Source: Andalucia godoyi And28 (taxonomy: Eukaryota > Protista > Jakobida). From it: a stretch of DNA of 64,000 nucleotides. Position 1 is the stretch's first letter; the number at the start of each line of letters is the position of its first letter. Below are positions 9,347-19,362 of this stretch, in pieces. The stretch spans positions 103,763 to 167,762 of the forward strand of contig VRVR01000048.1 in the NCBI GenBank assembly GCA_009859145.1. The letters are read 5' to 3'. The translations under genes and the position numbers were made by a program. Below the pieces are notes generated by a model. The model was given only the letters and a program-made list of their open reading frames with translations, made no database searches and was not told where the DNA came from.

Positions 9347-11605
9347 TTACACGTCAACATTCTTCAACTTCTCCAAAAGCTGCAGTGCAGCGGCTGGAAT
9401 ACGAGTGCCGGGCCCGAAAACAGCAGAGCAACCAGCATCAAACATCATATCGTAGTCCTGGCGCGGAATCACACCACCGACGACAACGAGCATGTGCTGG
9501 GCACCAACCTTCTTGAGCTCCGCAATAAGCTCTGGGACGAGGGTACGGTGGCCTGCGGCTTGTGAAGACACCCCTACGATGTGCACATCAGCCTCCACAG
9601 CTTGTTTCGCAACTTCTGCAGGTGTCTGGAACAGCGGGCCGACATCTACATCGAATCCAAGATCTGCGAATCCGGATGCGACAACCTTTGCACCGCGATC
9701 ATGGCCATCCTGACCCATCTTCGCAACAAGAATACGAGGACGACGTCCAGTGCGCTGTGTGAATGCGTCGATTTCATGCTTGACCAAATCCAGCTCTTTC
9801 ACTTCCGAATCTTCACTGCTGCGAGTATACTCCGAAGAATACGCCCCAGTTACGAGACGATCTGCAGGAGCGTGGCGACCCCAGACTCCCTCCAGAGCGC
9901 TGGTGATCTCGCCAACAGTCGCACGTGCACGAGAGGCTTCCACAGCCAACGCGAGGAGATTCTCGCGGTTCTTTCCAGCGGTAAGACCCTTTGAAACGTT
10001 CCGCGCGGCTTCCGAAAGCCGATTCAGGACGGCTTGCACCTTGCTTTGATCTCGAGAACTCTTGATTTGCGATAAACGTGCAACTTGTCCCTCTCGGACT
10101 TTTGTATTGTCAATGACCAAAACGTCGACATCACCATCCGCATTCTTGTTCTTGTTCGCATATCTGTTGACGCCTACAATAACGTCCTTTGCCGCATCAA
10201 TGCGAGCCTGTTTGCGAGTTGCAGATTCTTCAATCCGCAGCTTCGGCATTCCGGTTGCCAGAGCCTTTGCCATTCCGCCAAGCGACTCGACTTCTTCAAT
10301 GATCTTCAGTGCCTTGCTCTCAATATCGGCGGTAAGCGATTCCATCATGTACGAGCCTGCCCAGGGATCTACAACTCGCGTCATTTGCGTCTCTTCCTGA
10401 ATTATGAGCTGCGTATTGCGTGCAAGACGCGAAGAGAACTCAGTCGGCAATCCAATAGCTTCATCAAAGCTGTTTGTGTGCAAGGATTGCGTTCCTCCTA
10501 GCACGGCAGCCATTGCCTCAATAGTTGTACGGATGATGTTGTTGTACGGTTCTTGCTCCGTCAGCGACCAGCCAGAAGTTTGGCAATGAGTACGGAGACG
10601 TAAGGACCGAGAGTCCTTTGGATTGAACTTTTCTTGAATTAACGTTGCCCACAGACGACGGGCGGCTCGCATCTTTGCAATTTCCATGTAGAAATTCATT
10701 CCAATTCCCCAGAAGAAGGAGAATCGAGGAGCAACCTGGTCTACCGTGAGGCCTGCAGAGATGGCAGCGCGAGTATATTCGATTCCATCAGCGATCGTGA
10801 AGGCTGCTTCCAGAACCGCGTCCGCGCCGGCTTCCTGCATGTGATACCCCGAAATCGAAATGGAATTAAACCTTGGCATGTTTGCTGCAGTGTATCCGAA
10901 GATGTCAGCAATGATTGCCATCGAGGGTTCAGGAGGAAAGATGAAGGTGTTCCGGACCATAAACTCTTTCAAGATGTCATTCTGGATCGTGCCGGAAAGC
11001 TTCTTCTGATCAACTCCGGATTCCTCAGCAGCGACGATGTACATTGCAAGAATTGGCAACACAGCCCCATTCATTGTCATTGACACTGAAACTTTGTCCA
11101 AAGGAATTCCATTGAACAAGACCTTCATGTCTTCCACTGAATCGACCGCGACACCCGCCATCCCGACGTCTCCCTTCACGCGCGGATGGTCAGAGTCATA
11201 TCCTCTGTGAGTTGCCAGATCAAATGCAACCGACAAGCCCTGTTGTCCGCGAGAAAGGGCCTGACGATAAAACGCATTGGACTCTTCTGCTGTTGAAAAC
11301 CCAGCATACTGCCGAATTGTCCACGGAGAATTCGTATACATGGTTGCATACGGCCCACGTGTGAACGGAAACGCTCCGGGAAGGCCGGGATCCGTCTTGA
11401 CATCCGCCGCAGTGTAGACTGGCTTGAGAGGAATCCCCTCTGCAGACATCCATACAAGATCCTCCGGCTTTTTGGTCTTCAGCTCTTCCTGCGCAAGCTT
11501 GGACCACGATGGATCAATGGGAACAGACGAAAAGCTGCGAGCTGCCGAGCGGGACGCTGCTGCAACTCTAGGAACGCGAACTGCGGACGAAAGACGGTGC
11601 ATCAT
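9347..11605 (-). CDS. MMUT: Methylmalonyl-CoA mutase, mitochondrial (B12-dependent)
   Basis: Arg/Ser-rich presequence; [36 protein letters not shown] (DxHxxG cobalamin motif). Confidence 0.98.
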   Translation of the reverse strand: MMHRLSSAVRVPRVAAASRSAARSFSSVPIDPSWSKLAQEELKTKKPEDLVWMSAEGIPLKPVYTAADVKTDPGLPGAFPFTRGPYATMYTNSPWTIRQYAGFSTAEESNAFYRQALSRGQQGLSVAFDLATHRGYDSDHPRVKGDVGMAGVAVDSVEDMKVLFNGIPLDKVSVSMTMNGAVLPILAMYIVAAEESGVDQKKLSGTIQNDILKEFMVRNTFIFPPEPSMAIIADIFGYTAANMPRFNSISISGYHMQEAGADAVLEAAFTIADGIEYTRAAISAGLTVDQVAPRFSFFWGIGMNFYMEIAKMRAARRLWATLIQEKFNPKDSRSLRLRTHCQTSGWSLTEQEPYNNIIRTTIEAMAAVLGGTQSLHTNSFDEAIGLPTEFSSRLARNTQLIIQEETQMTRVVDPWAGSYMMESLTADIESKALKIIEEVESLGGMAKALATGMPKLRIEESATRKQARIDAAKDVIVGVNRYANKNKNADGDVDVLVIDNTKVREGQVARLSQIKSSRDQSKVQAVLNRLSEAARNVSKGLTAGKNRENLLALAVEASRARATVGEITSALEGVWGRHAPADRLVTGAYSSEYTRSSEDSEVKELDLVKHEIDAFTQRTGRRPRILVAKMGQDGHDRGAKVVASGFADLGFDVDVGPLFQTPAEVAKQAVEADVHIVGVSSQAAGHRTLVPELIAELKKVGAQHMLVVVGGVIPRQDYDMMFDAGCSAVFGPGTRIPAAALQLLEKLKNVDV

Positions 11606-12372
11606 TACTGCGGCAAGAAATAAGGATTCAAAGAAGAAGGTAGGCAGGTAGTTCTAAACGGGAAACAGTAAAAGAAGAAGTAGTAGGAGAAGAAGAAGGA
11701 GAAGATGAAACAGGAAGTAAAGGGAGACTGTCATTTTGCTTGATGGCGTTGTGCTTTACTTTTTGTTTCATTCGCAGGATAAAGGAGTCTGCTGATGTCC
11801 GTCTCTTTTTTTGAATCGCTTCTGCGGATTAGTTTGGTACGGCAGTTTTTTGTCGGTTCGATTTCTTTTCTTTTTTTCCTCTTTTTTTTATTTAATTTTT
11901 TGATCCTGGTTGGCTGGTTGGGAAGAGAAGGAAAGGAAAGAGGCATGTGCATCAGCGATGGCTTGCAACGAGCATGTTGTGAGCAGTATACGCTGATTAA
12001 ACGTTAATGATGCGCACGGAAGGCTAGCGATTTGCCAAACGAGCTGGACACTGGTTTTGGCAGCACAGCGTGCATATGCGCTGGGAGTCGATACGAAAAC
12101 GCACCTCCGGAAACTCAGAGAGTGACCAAGGATAACTCTAATTCGGAGAATGCAGTGCACTGACAGCCTGATCCGACAAGCGTTCCGAATGAGGTACGAT
12201 AAAGGATACGACCACTGCAAGTGGGGTATTCCGTTGATAAGGGCTTCCGGCGTCGATGCCCACAGTTCGGGCAGAACACTGCGGTAGAATGCACAATTTG
12301 GATAATCTGCGGAAACACGGTGTTTGTCTCAATATTAATGTAAGGAAAAAAAGAAGAAGAAATACATGTAAT

Positions 12373-13521
12373 TTACAAAAGTCCTGCTTTATTCATGACA
12401 TCGTCTGCAGAAGTCGAAGAAGGATTTGTGATGCGATCAGGCCCTAAGCTTACATTCGCAATCGACAAACGGCGAAGCAAGTGATCCGTGTTAAGCGGGA
12501 CATTGGGAAACAAGCAATAACTAAATCGTCTAAACCCGTCGGCATTTTCGGAGAAGTCAACAGAAGGAATGGAAAATCGGTGGTCAAAGGTTTTGAATGC
12601 AGCGGCCGTCGATTCAGTGGACATCATGCTTTCTCGACGCTCGCTGGTCAGAGTAGTTGACACATCACTCGGTCTTCTTTCTGTAGGAATCGGCGGCACA
12701 GAGGGAGGCTCTTCGTCGACGTAGAGCTTGGGGGTCTTATTCGGAGAATACGAAAACGACCCCGAAAAGTTGCTAATCGACGGATACCTTGGTGCAGCGA
12801 GACGGTAGAACGCCAACGCTGCGGAAATGGGAGGCGTAACGGTGGGCACTGCGAATGAACCGCGATTCATATGGGACATCATTGCAGAACGCTGCTGAAG
12901 CAAATTTGGCTGCATTGTGGGTATATATTGATTAAGAGGCGCTCGGCCCATTGGCAGAAGATCTGGAGGAGAGGATGAAACAGAAGCCGCGACTCCAGAG
13001 TTCCGAGGAGAATTGGGAGGCGTTTCTGGAACAACGGCAACGTCGCTGGAGGACGTTGCACTTGCAGACTGCTGATCTACGCCGCCTCTGGCATTGCCCT
13101 GGCGATGAAAAGAAAATCCCTCTTGGTCTAAAAACATCTCTAATTCGGTGATATCCGACTGTTCTAATAACTCCTTCAAATGACGCGTAAAATTGTTGCC
13201 TCCTCGAAGAATTTCCAAGTACTTCGTGCGGACCTGGATATCCGTCCGAGATGCATTCAGCCGCTGTGCAACGGTTGTCCACGAATGCCTCCCAAGAGTC
13301 CGTACAAGCCAAACCAGCTTGTAATACTCTTCCGTCGTGAACCGCGAACGAGAAATGCGTGGATGGATGACGCGGTGGTAGTGCTGGTAACACGCATAGG
13401 AATCCTTCGTGCCAACATGCTCGGAGATCAGCTTCCAGTGCTTTTCACCCCATATGCCAATTGCTTCACGAAGCCTTTCGGTTTCCTCTGCCGTCCACAG
13501 TCGCTTCGAAGTCTTCGGCAT
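12373..13521 (-). CDS. Two-repeat Myb transcription factor
   Basis: WTAEETERLREAIGIWGEKHWKLISEHV and FTTEEYYKLVWLVRTLGRHSWTTVAQRL; start taken at MPKTSKR, since the upstream part of the 603-aa ORF is TTG-started and non-protein-like. Confidence 0.85.
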   Translation of the reverse strand: MPKTSKRLWTAEETERLREAIGIWGEKHWKLISEHVGTKDSYACYQHYHRVIHPRISRSRFTTEEYYKLVWLVRTLGRHSWTTVAQRLNASRTDIQVRTKYLEILRGGNNFTRHLKELLEQSDITELEMFLDQEGFSFHRQGNARGGVDQQSASATSSSDVAVVPETPPNSPRNSGVAASVSSSPPDLLPMGRAPLNQYIPTMQPNLLQQRSAMMSHMNRGSFAVPTVTPPISAALAFYRLAAPRYPSISNFSGSFSYSPNKTPKLYVDEEPPSVPPIPTERRPSDVSTTLTSERRESMMSTESTAAAFKTFDHRFSIPSVDFSENADGFRRFSYCLFPNVPLNTDHLLRRLSIANVSLGPDRITNPSSTSADDVMNKAGLL

Positions 13522-14213
13522 CCAACCAACACCGTCTATACCTACTATGTATCCTCCTTGAAAAATTGATTTTTCGTGGCTCTCTGCATCAGGAGTTCCA
13601 GAAACACCGATTTTCTGGGGGGAGAGAGAGAGGAGCCGGAGATGACTAAACACGGCATGGCACTGCTGTTCGGTCGAACCGCCATGTGTTCGGTTACTCG
13701 AAATGGAAAGGAACACTTCAAGTCGTTTTCCAATCAGACTGGTTGAACAATGCACAGACACCTTCCAAAAGCCAGGGCGGGAACGTGCAAGTGAACTTCC
13801 CAGTTTGGAATGCGTTCGGCAATCAACAACGAAAGCGCACACATATGTGAGCCTGAAAACACACGTGACGAGTTTGCTCCTATGCCAGAACTTTGATTCC
13901 TGGTCTCGCTCAGAACCAACCAGGCCCCCCAAAACAAAAACAATTAAAAAATTGCGGGAGCATCGTTGTGCGTGCAAAAACCTGGTGGAAGTCAACCCGC
14001 AGCGACGTTTCGACCTACTCGAAATTCCCATATTTTTCGCTCTCGAATTCCCCGATGCTACGGCGTTTGGACTCAAGCCAACGAAGAAAATCCTTGAGGC
14101 CTTTCCACTTTTGATTTTCTGATGGCCGTCTGCTTGATCGACGGAAGAGAATTCAAGGCGTTCTTTCCCCACGCACTTGCGCATCCATGCTGTGTTTCAG
14201 TTTCTAGAATTCT

Positions 14214-14250
14214 GTATATGTATATATGTATATATATATATATATATATA
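14214..14250. repeat. (TA)n microsatellite between divergent Myb and subtilisin genes
   Basis: Direct read. Confidence 0.9.
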
Positions 14251-14317
14251 CAAATTATTTTTTTTAATTATCGTATTTTTGTAATTAAAAGGCGCTCGTC
14301 GTTCTCTTATCAGCGCC

Positions 14318-17300
14318 ATGCGAAACCTATTTTTGGTTTGCTCGATTATTCTTGCCTTTTCCCTGTGCTTCGGTGCAGCAAGGCGTCCGCTTCGTCGCAC
14401 TGCGTTCGAAGATCTGTCAACGAGCAGCAGTGCATCGCCTGTCTTGCAACAATACAAGCAATCTGATCTAAGGGACCGGTCTCTTCTTATGTTTGGTCGT
14501 GTGCCAACAAATTCAGCAGATGCCCACAAGGGCACAAAGTTGCCTTCAGAACTGAAACGAAGTTGGCAAGCAGGCTTTGCTGGGAAAAGGTGGCACGGAT
14601 TTGTGTCGCGTTTTGAACAATTTGCTGGAGATCACGACTCATTTTTTGTGAAGTTCAGATCTCAAATAACAGAAGACACACTGAAAGACGTTTTCGCTGT
14701 TCTTGATGTGGACATGTCAAACCAGGAATATGAGTATGTGCCTCATGATTGCTTGCTGATGTTTCTTTCGATTCAACAAGCGAGCAAGTTGACATCGCTA
14801 TCTACGGTTCTCGCTGTTTTTCCAGTTCAGTCGCAGTGGAAGCCGAGTTCCCTGGATTCTTCGCTGAACATCCATGTGGTATCGTTTGCAAAAGGCTCGA
14901 CCAGCGTGCGATTCACAAAGACAATCATGTCTTCGCTGCCAGGCGACCATGAAGCGATTGGACACTCGCAGGATTCCCGGTTGCTTTTCGTGCGGTCCTC
15001 CAACCCCACAGAACTCTTGGTTTTATTGCATCTTCCACACGTGATTTCCATCTCTTCTGTGTTTCCGAAGAACCTGCTGAACGACGCAGGAAACAAGATC
15101 GTGTCGGTTGGGAATGCATCCTCGAATGCCAATCCGTATTCATTGTATCTGTCGGGTCAAGGACAAAAGGTCGCAATTGCAGATTCTGGTATGGACTATA
15201 CTTCTTGCTATTTTGTAGGAAGCGACATTGCCTCTGTGGAGGTTCACCGAAATATGTTTGTGGTCAATAGCAACTTGTCACGTGTTCCTGGTTACTGGTC
15301 GTTTATGGATGCACATTGGGAAAATGGCGACCACGGCTCTCATGTTGGCGGAACAATTGCAGGGAAGTTTCTAATCCCTTCTGCTGTTGACAATTTTGCA
15401 CTTCATAGGCAAAACGGAATCGCCTCCAACACACAGCTTCTTGTTACGGATATCGGGTGCGACACTGTCGATGGATGTGCTTGTGGATTGGACAGCACGG
15501 GACAGCTGATCCCCTGCGAGTGCGATGCATCCAAAGGATCAAAGTGTGAAATGGGTGCATTGGGTCTTCCGTTCGATTGGAACAAGCACTTGTTTCCGTT
15601 TTCGCATGATAACGGTTTCAACATCATGTCAAACTCCTGGGGTGACGCAGAAAACCAGTACACTGGTGATTCATCGCAGGCAATTGATGCGTATGTTTCT
15701 GCAAACCGTAATTTCCTGGTTCTGTTTGCGGCGGGAAATGCCGGTCAGATGCGCAGCATTTCTTCCCAAGCCAACTCGAAGAACAGTGTCGTCGTTGGTG
15801 CCTCCAGAACTGGCAAGCAGGATTTTCTGTACTTGTACAGCTCTGTTATTGACTGGGTTGCAGAGAGCAAGACATGGGGGGAAGCGTTTGCTGTCCAGGT
15901 ATTGGGATGTTCACCGCAGAGTACCAAACAGGAGTGTGTTTACTTTTTGTCGAACAACTTCGATGGTTGCTCGACCACGTCCTACTGTGGAGGAGATCCT
16001 ACCAGTTGTGGCTGCAGCTATGACGACGGGAAGAGCATTTGGGACCTTGGGGAACTCGCGTGCAAGAAATGCGTGATCACTCGCTTGGAAAAATCAGACG
16101 AACGGTTGTATTCAGTTGAGAACCTTGCGGCGTTCTCTTCCAAAGGCCCAGCTGCGGACGGTCGGATTAAACCAGAAGTAATTGCACCCGGTGATGCCAT
16201 TGCTTCTTCTCGAGCGTATGAAGAAGCGTTGAATGGCAATACTTGTGGTCATGGATATCGTGCAATTCTCACAGACACAAATCTTGGCTCCCATTTGGAT
16301 GTGAAGTCCGGGACGTCCATGGCGACCCCGTTGACTGCCGGGTATGCTGCCTTGTTGAAGGAGTACTTGTCCGAATACTATCCGAACCGTGTTGGTGCGC
16401 CCAACTCTGGAACAGATGGCATTCCAAACCCGTCTGCTGCCCTTCTTCGAGCATTGCTTGTACAGTCTGCGGAGCCAATGATGGGTCTGTATACGCTCGT
16501 TGACACAGAGGATCCAAAAAAATTCATTTTCATGCCTCTTGACAATCCGTATGCTCAGGGATTCGGACGAATTTTGCTGGAGAATATCATTCCCCTCAAT
16601 GGTGATGTTGGCCTAACTACAAGAGTATTGTCAGACGAAACGATGTCGTTGTCTACTGGGGAGGTGAAAACGTTTCAATTTGTCGTGGATCCTTCCGATC
16701 CTGTCATTGCTGGAAAGTCGCAAACCCAGATTCGCGTTACGCTGACTTGGACGGATCCGCCAGCGACTGCTGGTTCTAAAATTGCTCTTGTTAATGATCT
16801 GGATTTGGAGGTCAAATATGGAGCAGAAACGAGGCTGGGAAACGATGCTTTCAACATTGAGACGATCAAAAATTACAACGAGCATGATCGTTTGAACAAC
16901 GTCGAGCGCGTCATTATCATGGATCCAACCTTGTACACTGGAACATATTCGATCTCGGTTACGGGATATAGCGTGCCACAAGGGCCGCAGTCCTTTGCTC
17001 TGGTCGTGTCCTATGGCAAGTCCGGGTACCAGCAGCCTCTGTTTTCGTGGAATGGGATGTCACGTGGTGGGAACTCAGACTCGGTGTTCTCTGGAACGGG
17101 AGGGTCATCGAAAGACGGCCCTTCCTCACGAACTCTAGCGCTGATTGTCGTTTCTGTTTGTGTCGTTGTGATTGCTTCCGTATTGGCTGGAGTGTATATT
17201 TACAGACGAAGAAACCTCCTGGGAAGAGCAGGTGGCCTGGGGCATGTTCCTCTAAATGCCGATGAGGATGTCGAATATCACCCCATGTTGACAACAACAC

Positions 17301-17350
17301 AGTACGCTGTGGGCCCGTCCACGGCGCAGGAGCTTCGTTCAGTCCAATAA
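14318..17350 (+). CDS. Membrane-anchored subtilisin-like S8 peptidase (KP-43/TagC type)
   Basis: Signal peptide; triad IADSGMD, DHGSHVGGTIAG, SGTSMATP; AAGN oxyanion motif; C-terminal LTWTD...NDLDL...NNVE domain; TM helix near 17130-17200. Confidence 0.95.
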   Translation: MRNLFLVCSIILAFSLCFGAARRPLRRTAFEDLSTSSSASPVLQQYKQSDLRDRSLLMFGRVPTNSADAHKGTKLPSELKRSWQAGFAGKRWHGFVSRFEQFAGDHDSFFVKFRSQITEDTLKDVFAVLDVDMSNQEYEYVPHDCLLMFLSIQQASKLTSLSTVLAVFPVQSQWKPSSLDSSLNIHVVSFAKGSTSVRFTKTIMSSLPGDHEAIGHSQDSRLLFVRSSNPTELLVLLHLPHVISISSVFPKNLLNDAGNKIVSVGNASSNANPYSLYLSGQGQKVAIADSGMDYTSCYFVGSDIASVEVHRNMFVVNSNLSRVPGYWSFMDAHWENGDHGSHVGGTIAGKFLIPSAVDNFALHRQNGIASNTQLLVTDIGCDTVDGCACGLDSTGQLIPCECDASKGSKCEMGALGLPFDWNKHLFPFSHDNGFNIMSNSWGDAENQYTGDSSQAIDAYVSANRNFLVLFAAGNAGQMRSISSQANSKNSVVVGASRTGKQDFLYLYSSVIDWVAESKTWGEAFAVQVLGCSPQSTKQECVYFLSNNFDGCSTTSYCGGDPTSCGCSYDDGKSIWDLGELACKKCVITRLEKSDERLYSVENLAAFSSKGPAADGRIKPEVIAPGDAIASSRAYEEALNGNTCGHGYRAILTDTNLGSHLDVKSGTSMATPLTAGYAALLKEYLSEYYPNRVGAPNSGTDGIPNPSAALLRALLVQSAEPMMGLYTLVDTEDPKKFIFMPLDNPYAQGFGRILLENIIPLNGDVGLTTRVLSDETMSLSTGEVKTFQFVVDPSDPVIAGKSQTQIRVTLTWTDPPATAGSKIALVNDLDLEVKYGAETRLGNDAFNIETIKNYNEHDRLNNVERVIIMDPTLYTGTYSISVTGYSVPQGPQSFALVVSYGKSGYQQPLFSWNGMSRGGNSDSVFSGTGGSSKDGPSSRTLALIVVSVCVVVIASVLAGVYIYRRRNLLGRAGGLGHVPLNADEDVEYHPMLTTTQYAVGPSTAQELRSVQ

Positions 17351-17968
17351 GAACCGACAGCGTAAACCTTAAAGAAACATAGTCGAATGCATGAGCTTTT
17401 GCAATTCCGTCTACTTTCCAAGGGTCGCCGCGTCGTTTTCCGTGGAAGACGGATTCTGCAAGGAAATTCGACTTGACAACAGGTCCGACAGCAAATGGTA
17501 ACCGTCGATGGCATTTGACTCGTCAACTTGCGAAAAGCGAGCTTCGTGGTCAGCAATGTAATGACATCGTTCAAAAACAGAAAGGCTGGAGAGAACTGGC
17601 GAATGCCAATACCTGTTCTTAACATCAGACGTTCTAGGAATTCGCAGACGAGAAAACGTTTGCAAGAGTTTCCCCATCGTATACTGAAGAGCTTGTAATC
17701 GAAAGCCAGTCGAACAATTCGACAGCAGAAAGACACGCTGGAGAAAAAGAAAGATGTGGAAGACGACGAGGAACTGGAGGAGAGGAAAAAGAAAAGGCCC
17801 ACTTATGCTGGGGGGGAGGGGGGGTTGCTGATTCCTTTCGCTACAGCAGGAAACAACCGTTGAATAACATAACTCGTCATCGTCATGCATACGGAAGTAT
17901 GCGTAAACAGACACGGTCAATGCTGGCCTGTGACACACGCTCCGCATTTTCGACACTCTTTAACGCAA

Positions 17969-18459
17969 CATCCGTAGCCATCCATCATTCGTTCAGCGCA
18001 CTGCCAAGAGGCGAACTTCCAAGACACGATCTCTAATCCCCAGCACGCAGGGTAGCCAACCCCAAGCAGAAGCCTCAGGGACCGTCTCTTGCAGAACTCG
18101 TGGTTTTCTGCTACGATACACCAGGCGCAGTCGCAGTCGCAGTCGCAGTCGCAAAACCCCGCCGTCTTCCTACCGCCTCTTCCTCTCGTATCTCCAGCTG
18201 CATCAATCGCTGCAACTGAGGACACGAAAGCGCCTGCTGCTAGGGCCGCCAGAATCAAAAAAATGCACCCTTCTCAGGAACAACGTGTCATGCTGAGAAA
18301 GTGGCTCACCGATTGATCGAGATTGGAGCGGAGCGCGGAACATTTATCTGAAGAACGCCGTGAGGCGTGTTGGGGCCTATCCCGTTCCCGGCAACGGGAT
18401 GCAAGATTGAATATGCATGTCTATTCGTAGGTATGCATGTTCAGTGCATAATGTAGGCG
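17969..18459 (+). mobile_element. Internally deleted non-autonomous Fanzor2 element (subfamily A)
   Basis: LLQNSWFSAT N-terminal motif and KKMHPSQEQRVMLRKW (TnpB-type YPT.EQ..L.KW), joined directly to DRDWSGARNIYLKN and the structured 3' end; near-identical to 42475-43012. Confidence 0.9.
18372..18459 (+). ncRNA. Candidate omegaRNA scaffold, subfamily A
   Basis: GGGG-CCTA-TCCC hairpin, TCCCG-GCAA-CGGGA GNRA hairpin, 16-bp TGAATATGCATGTCTA-TTCG-TAGGTATGCATGTTCA hairpin, GCCTAT/GTAGGC pseudoknot. Confidence 0.75.
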
Positions 18460-18515
18460 TCGCAGCTTTCTACACAGTCTGGCTGAAAGAGTCATAAGCT
18501 TTCAATACTCACAAC

Positions 18516-19127
18516 CTACGAAGCACCCTCTCGAATCTTCTTCTTGTACTCTCTGGGAGACTCAAAGTTCTTTTGCACCCACATTCCGAGTTTCTTGCTT
18601 TTTGCAATAGCCACATATCGATCAAATACTTCCTTGCCACAGTCGCCATAAAGTGCTCCTTTTCCTTCGTAGACCACTGCCCATCCATTTCTCGCCATTT
18701 CCAGAGAAACATTCCGCCTTCCAACAAAAACATCCCCAACTATTCGTCCATACTGATCACGAGACAACACACGAACTCGCACATGTTTCCCGTCGACCAA
18801 TGCTGTTAAAAACTGCTTCGCCTCTTCGGCAAACGGCTGTCCAGGATTTCCAAAATGCGGCGCTTCCGGAGCATCCACGCCACACACACGGACATGCAGC
18901 GTCTCTGCAGAAAACCGAGAAAGCGAAACTCGGAAATTATCACTATCCACAACCTTGAAAACGCGGCCAGACAGCACTCGACCCATATCAAAATCATGCC
19001 GAGTAAGGTCGTCTCCTACTCGGACATAGCCAAACAAGCGCTTGAATCGTGCTAGCATGTCCTCTGGACCTCCAGTAGCTGATGATAATAAGTTGTTTGT
19101 TCGTATATTATTACTGCTTGTTCGCAT
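18516..19127 (-). CDS. Staphylococcal nuclease (TNase/LCL3-like) protein
   Basis: VVDSDNFRV, RVCGVDAPE, QPFAEEA, DQYGRIVGDV, EMARNGWAVVY, AKSKKLGMW, PREYKK. Confidence 0.9.
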   Translation of the reverse strand: MRTSSNNIRTNNLLSSATGGPEDMLARFKRLFGYVRVGDDLTRHDFDMGRVLSGRVFKVVDSDNFRVSLSRFSAETLHVRVCGVDAPEAPHFGNPGQPFAEEAKQFLTALVDGKHVRVRVLSRDQYGRIVGDVFVGRRNVSLEMARNGWAVVYEGKGALYGDCGKEVFDRYVAIAKSKKLGMWVQKNFESPREYKKKIREGAS

Positions 19128-19362
19128 AATGTTTTTTTATTTTCCGACTCGCATCGGCAATGCTCAAAAGTTGAGTTCACTTGAGCAGCAAGAAACAAAT
19201 GACTCTCAGCCTGCACGCTGCGGCCGAGCTGTGCGCACTGGAACTTTTCACTAGGCGGGAAGAATAACGATCTTTTTGGTCGGCCGTTTCGAACAGATAA
19301 AGTTTTAAAAGAAAAGCATTTCTGGCTGTTTTCGTAGATTAAACTTGACATTCAATTACTGA

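Noticed and set aside
11950-12340. VGIDAG and FCPNCG strings on the minus strand suggesting another RuvC/zinc-finger remnant
   Set aside because: The motifs are in different frames and in the wrong order, with no DRD/ARN motif and no recognisable omegaRNA end
13522-14184. N-terminal extension of the 603-aa Myb ORF
   Set aside because: TTG-started with non-protein-like composition; the first plausible ATG is just before the Myb repeats
17690-17703. 14-bp match AGCTTGTAATCGAA shared with 27367-27380
   Set aside because: It does not extend, and matches of this length are expected by chance in 64 kb
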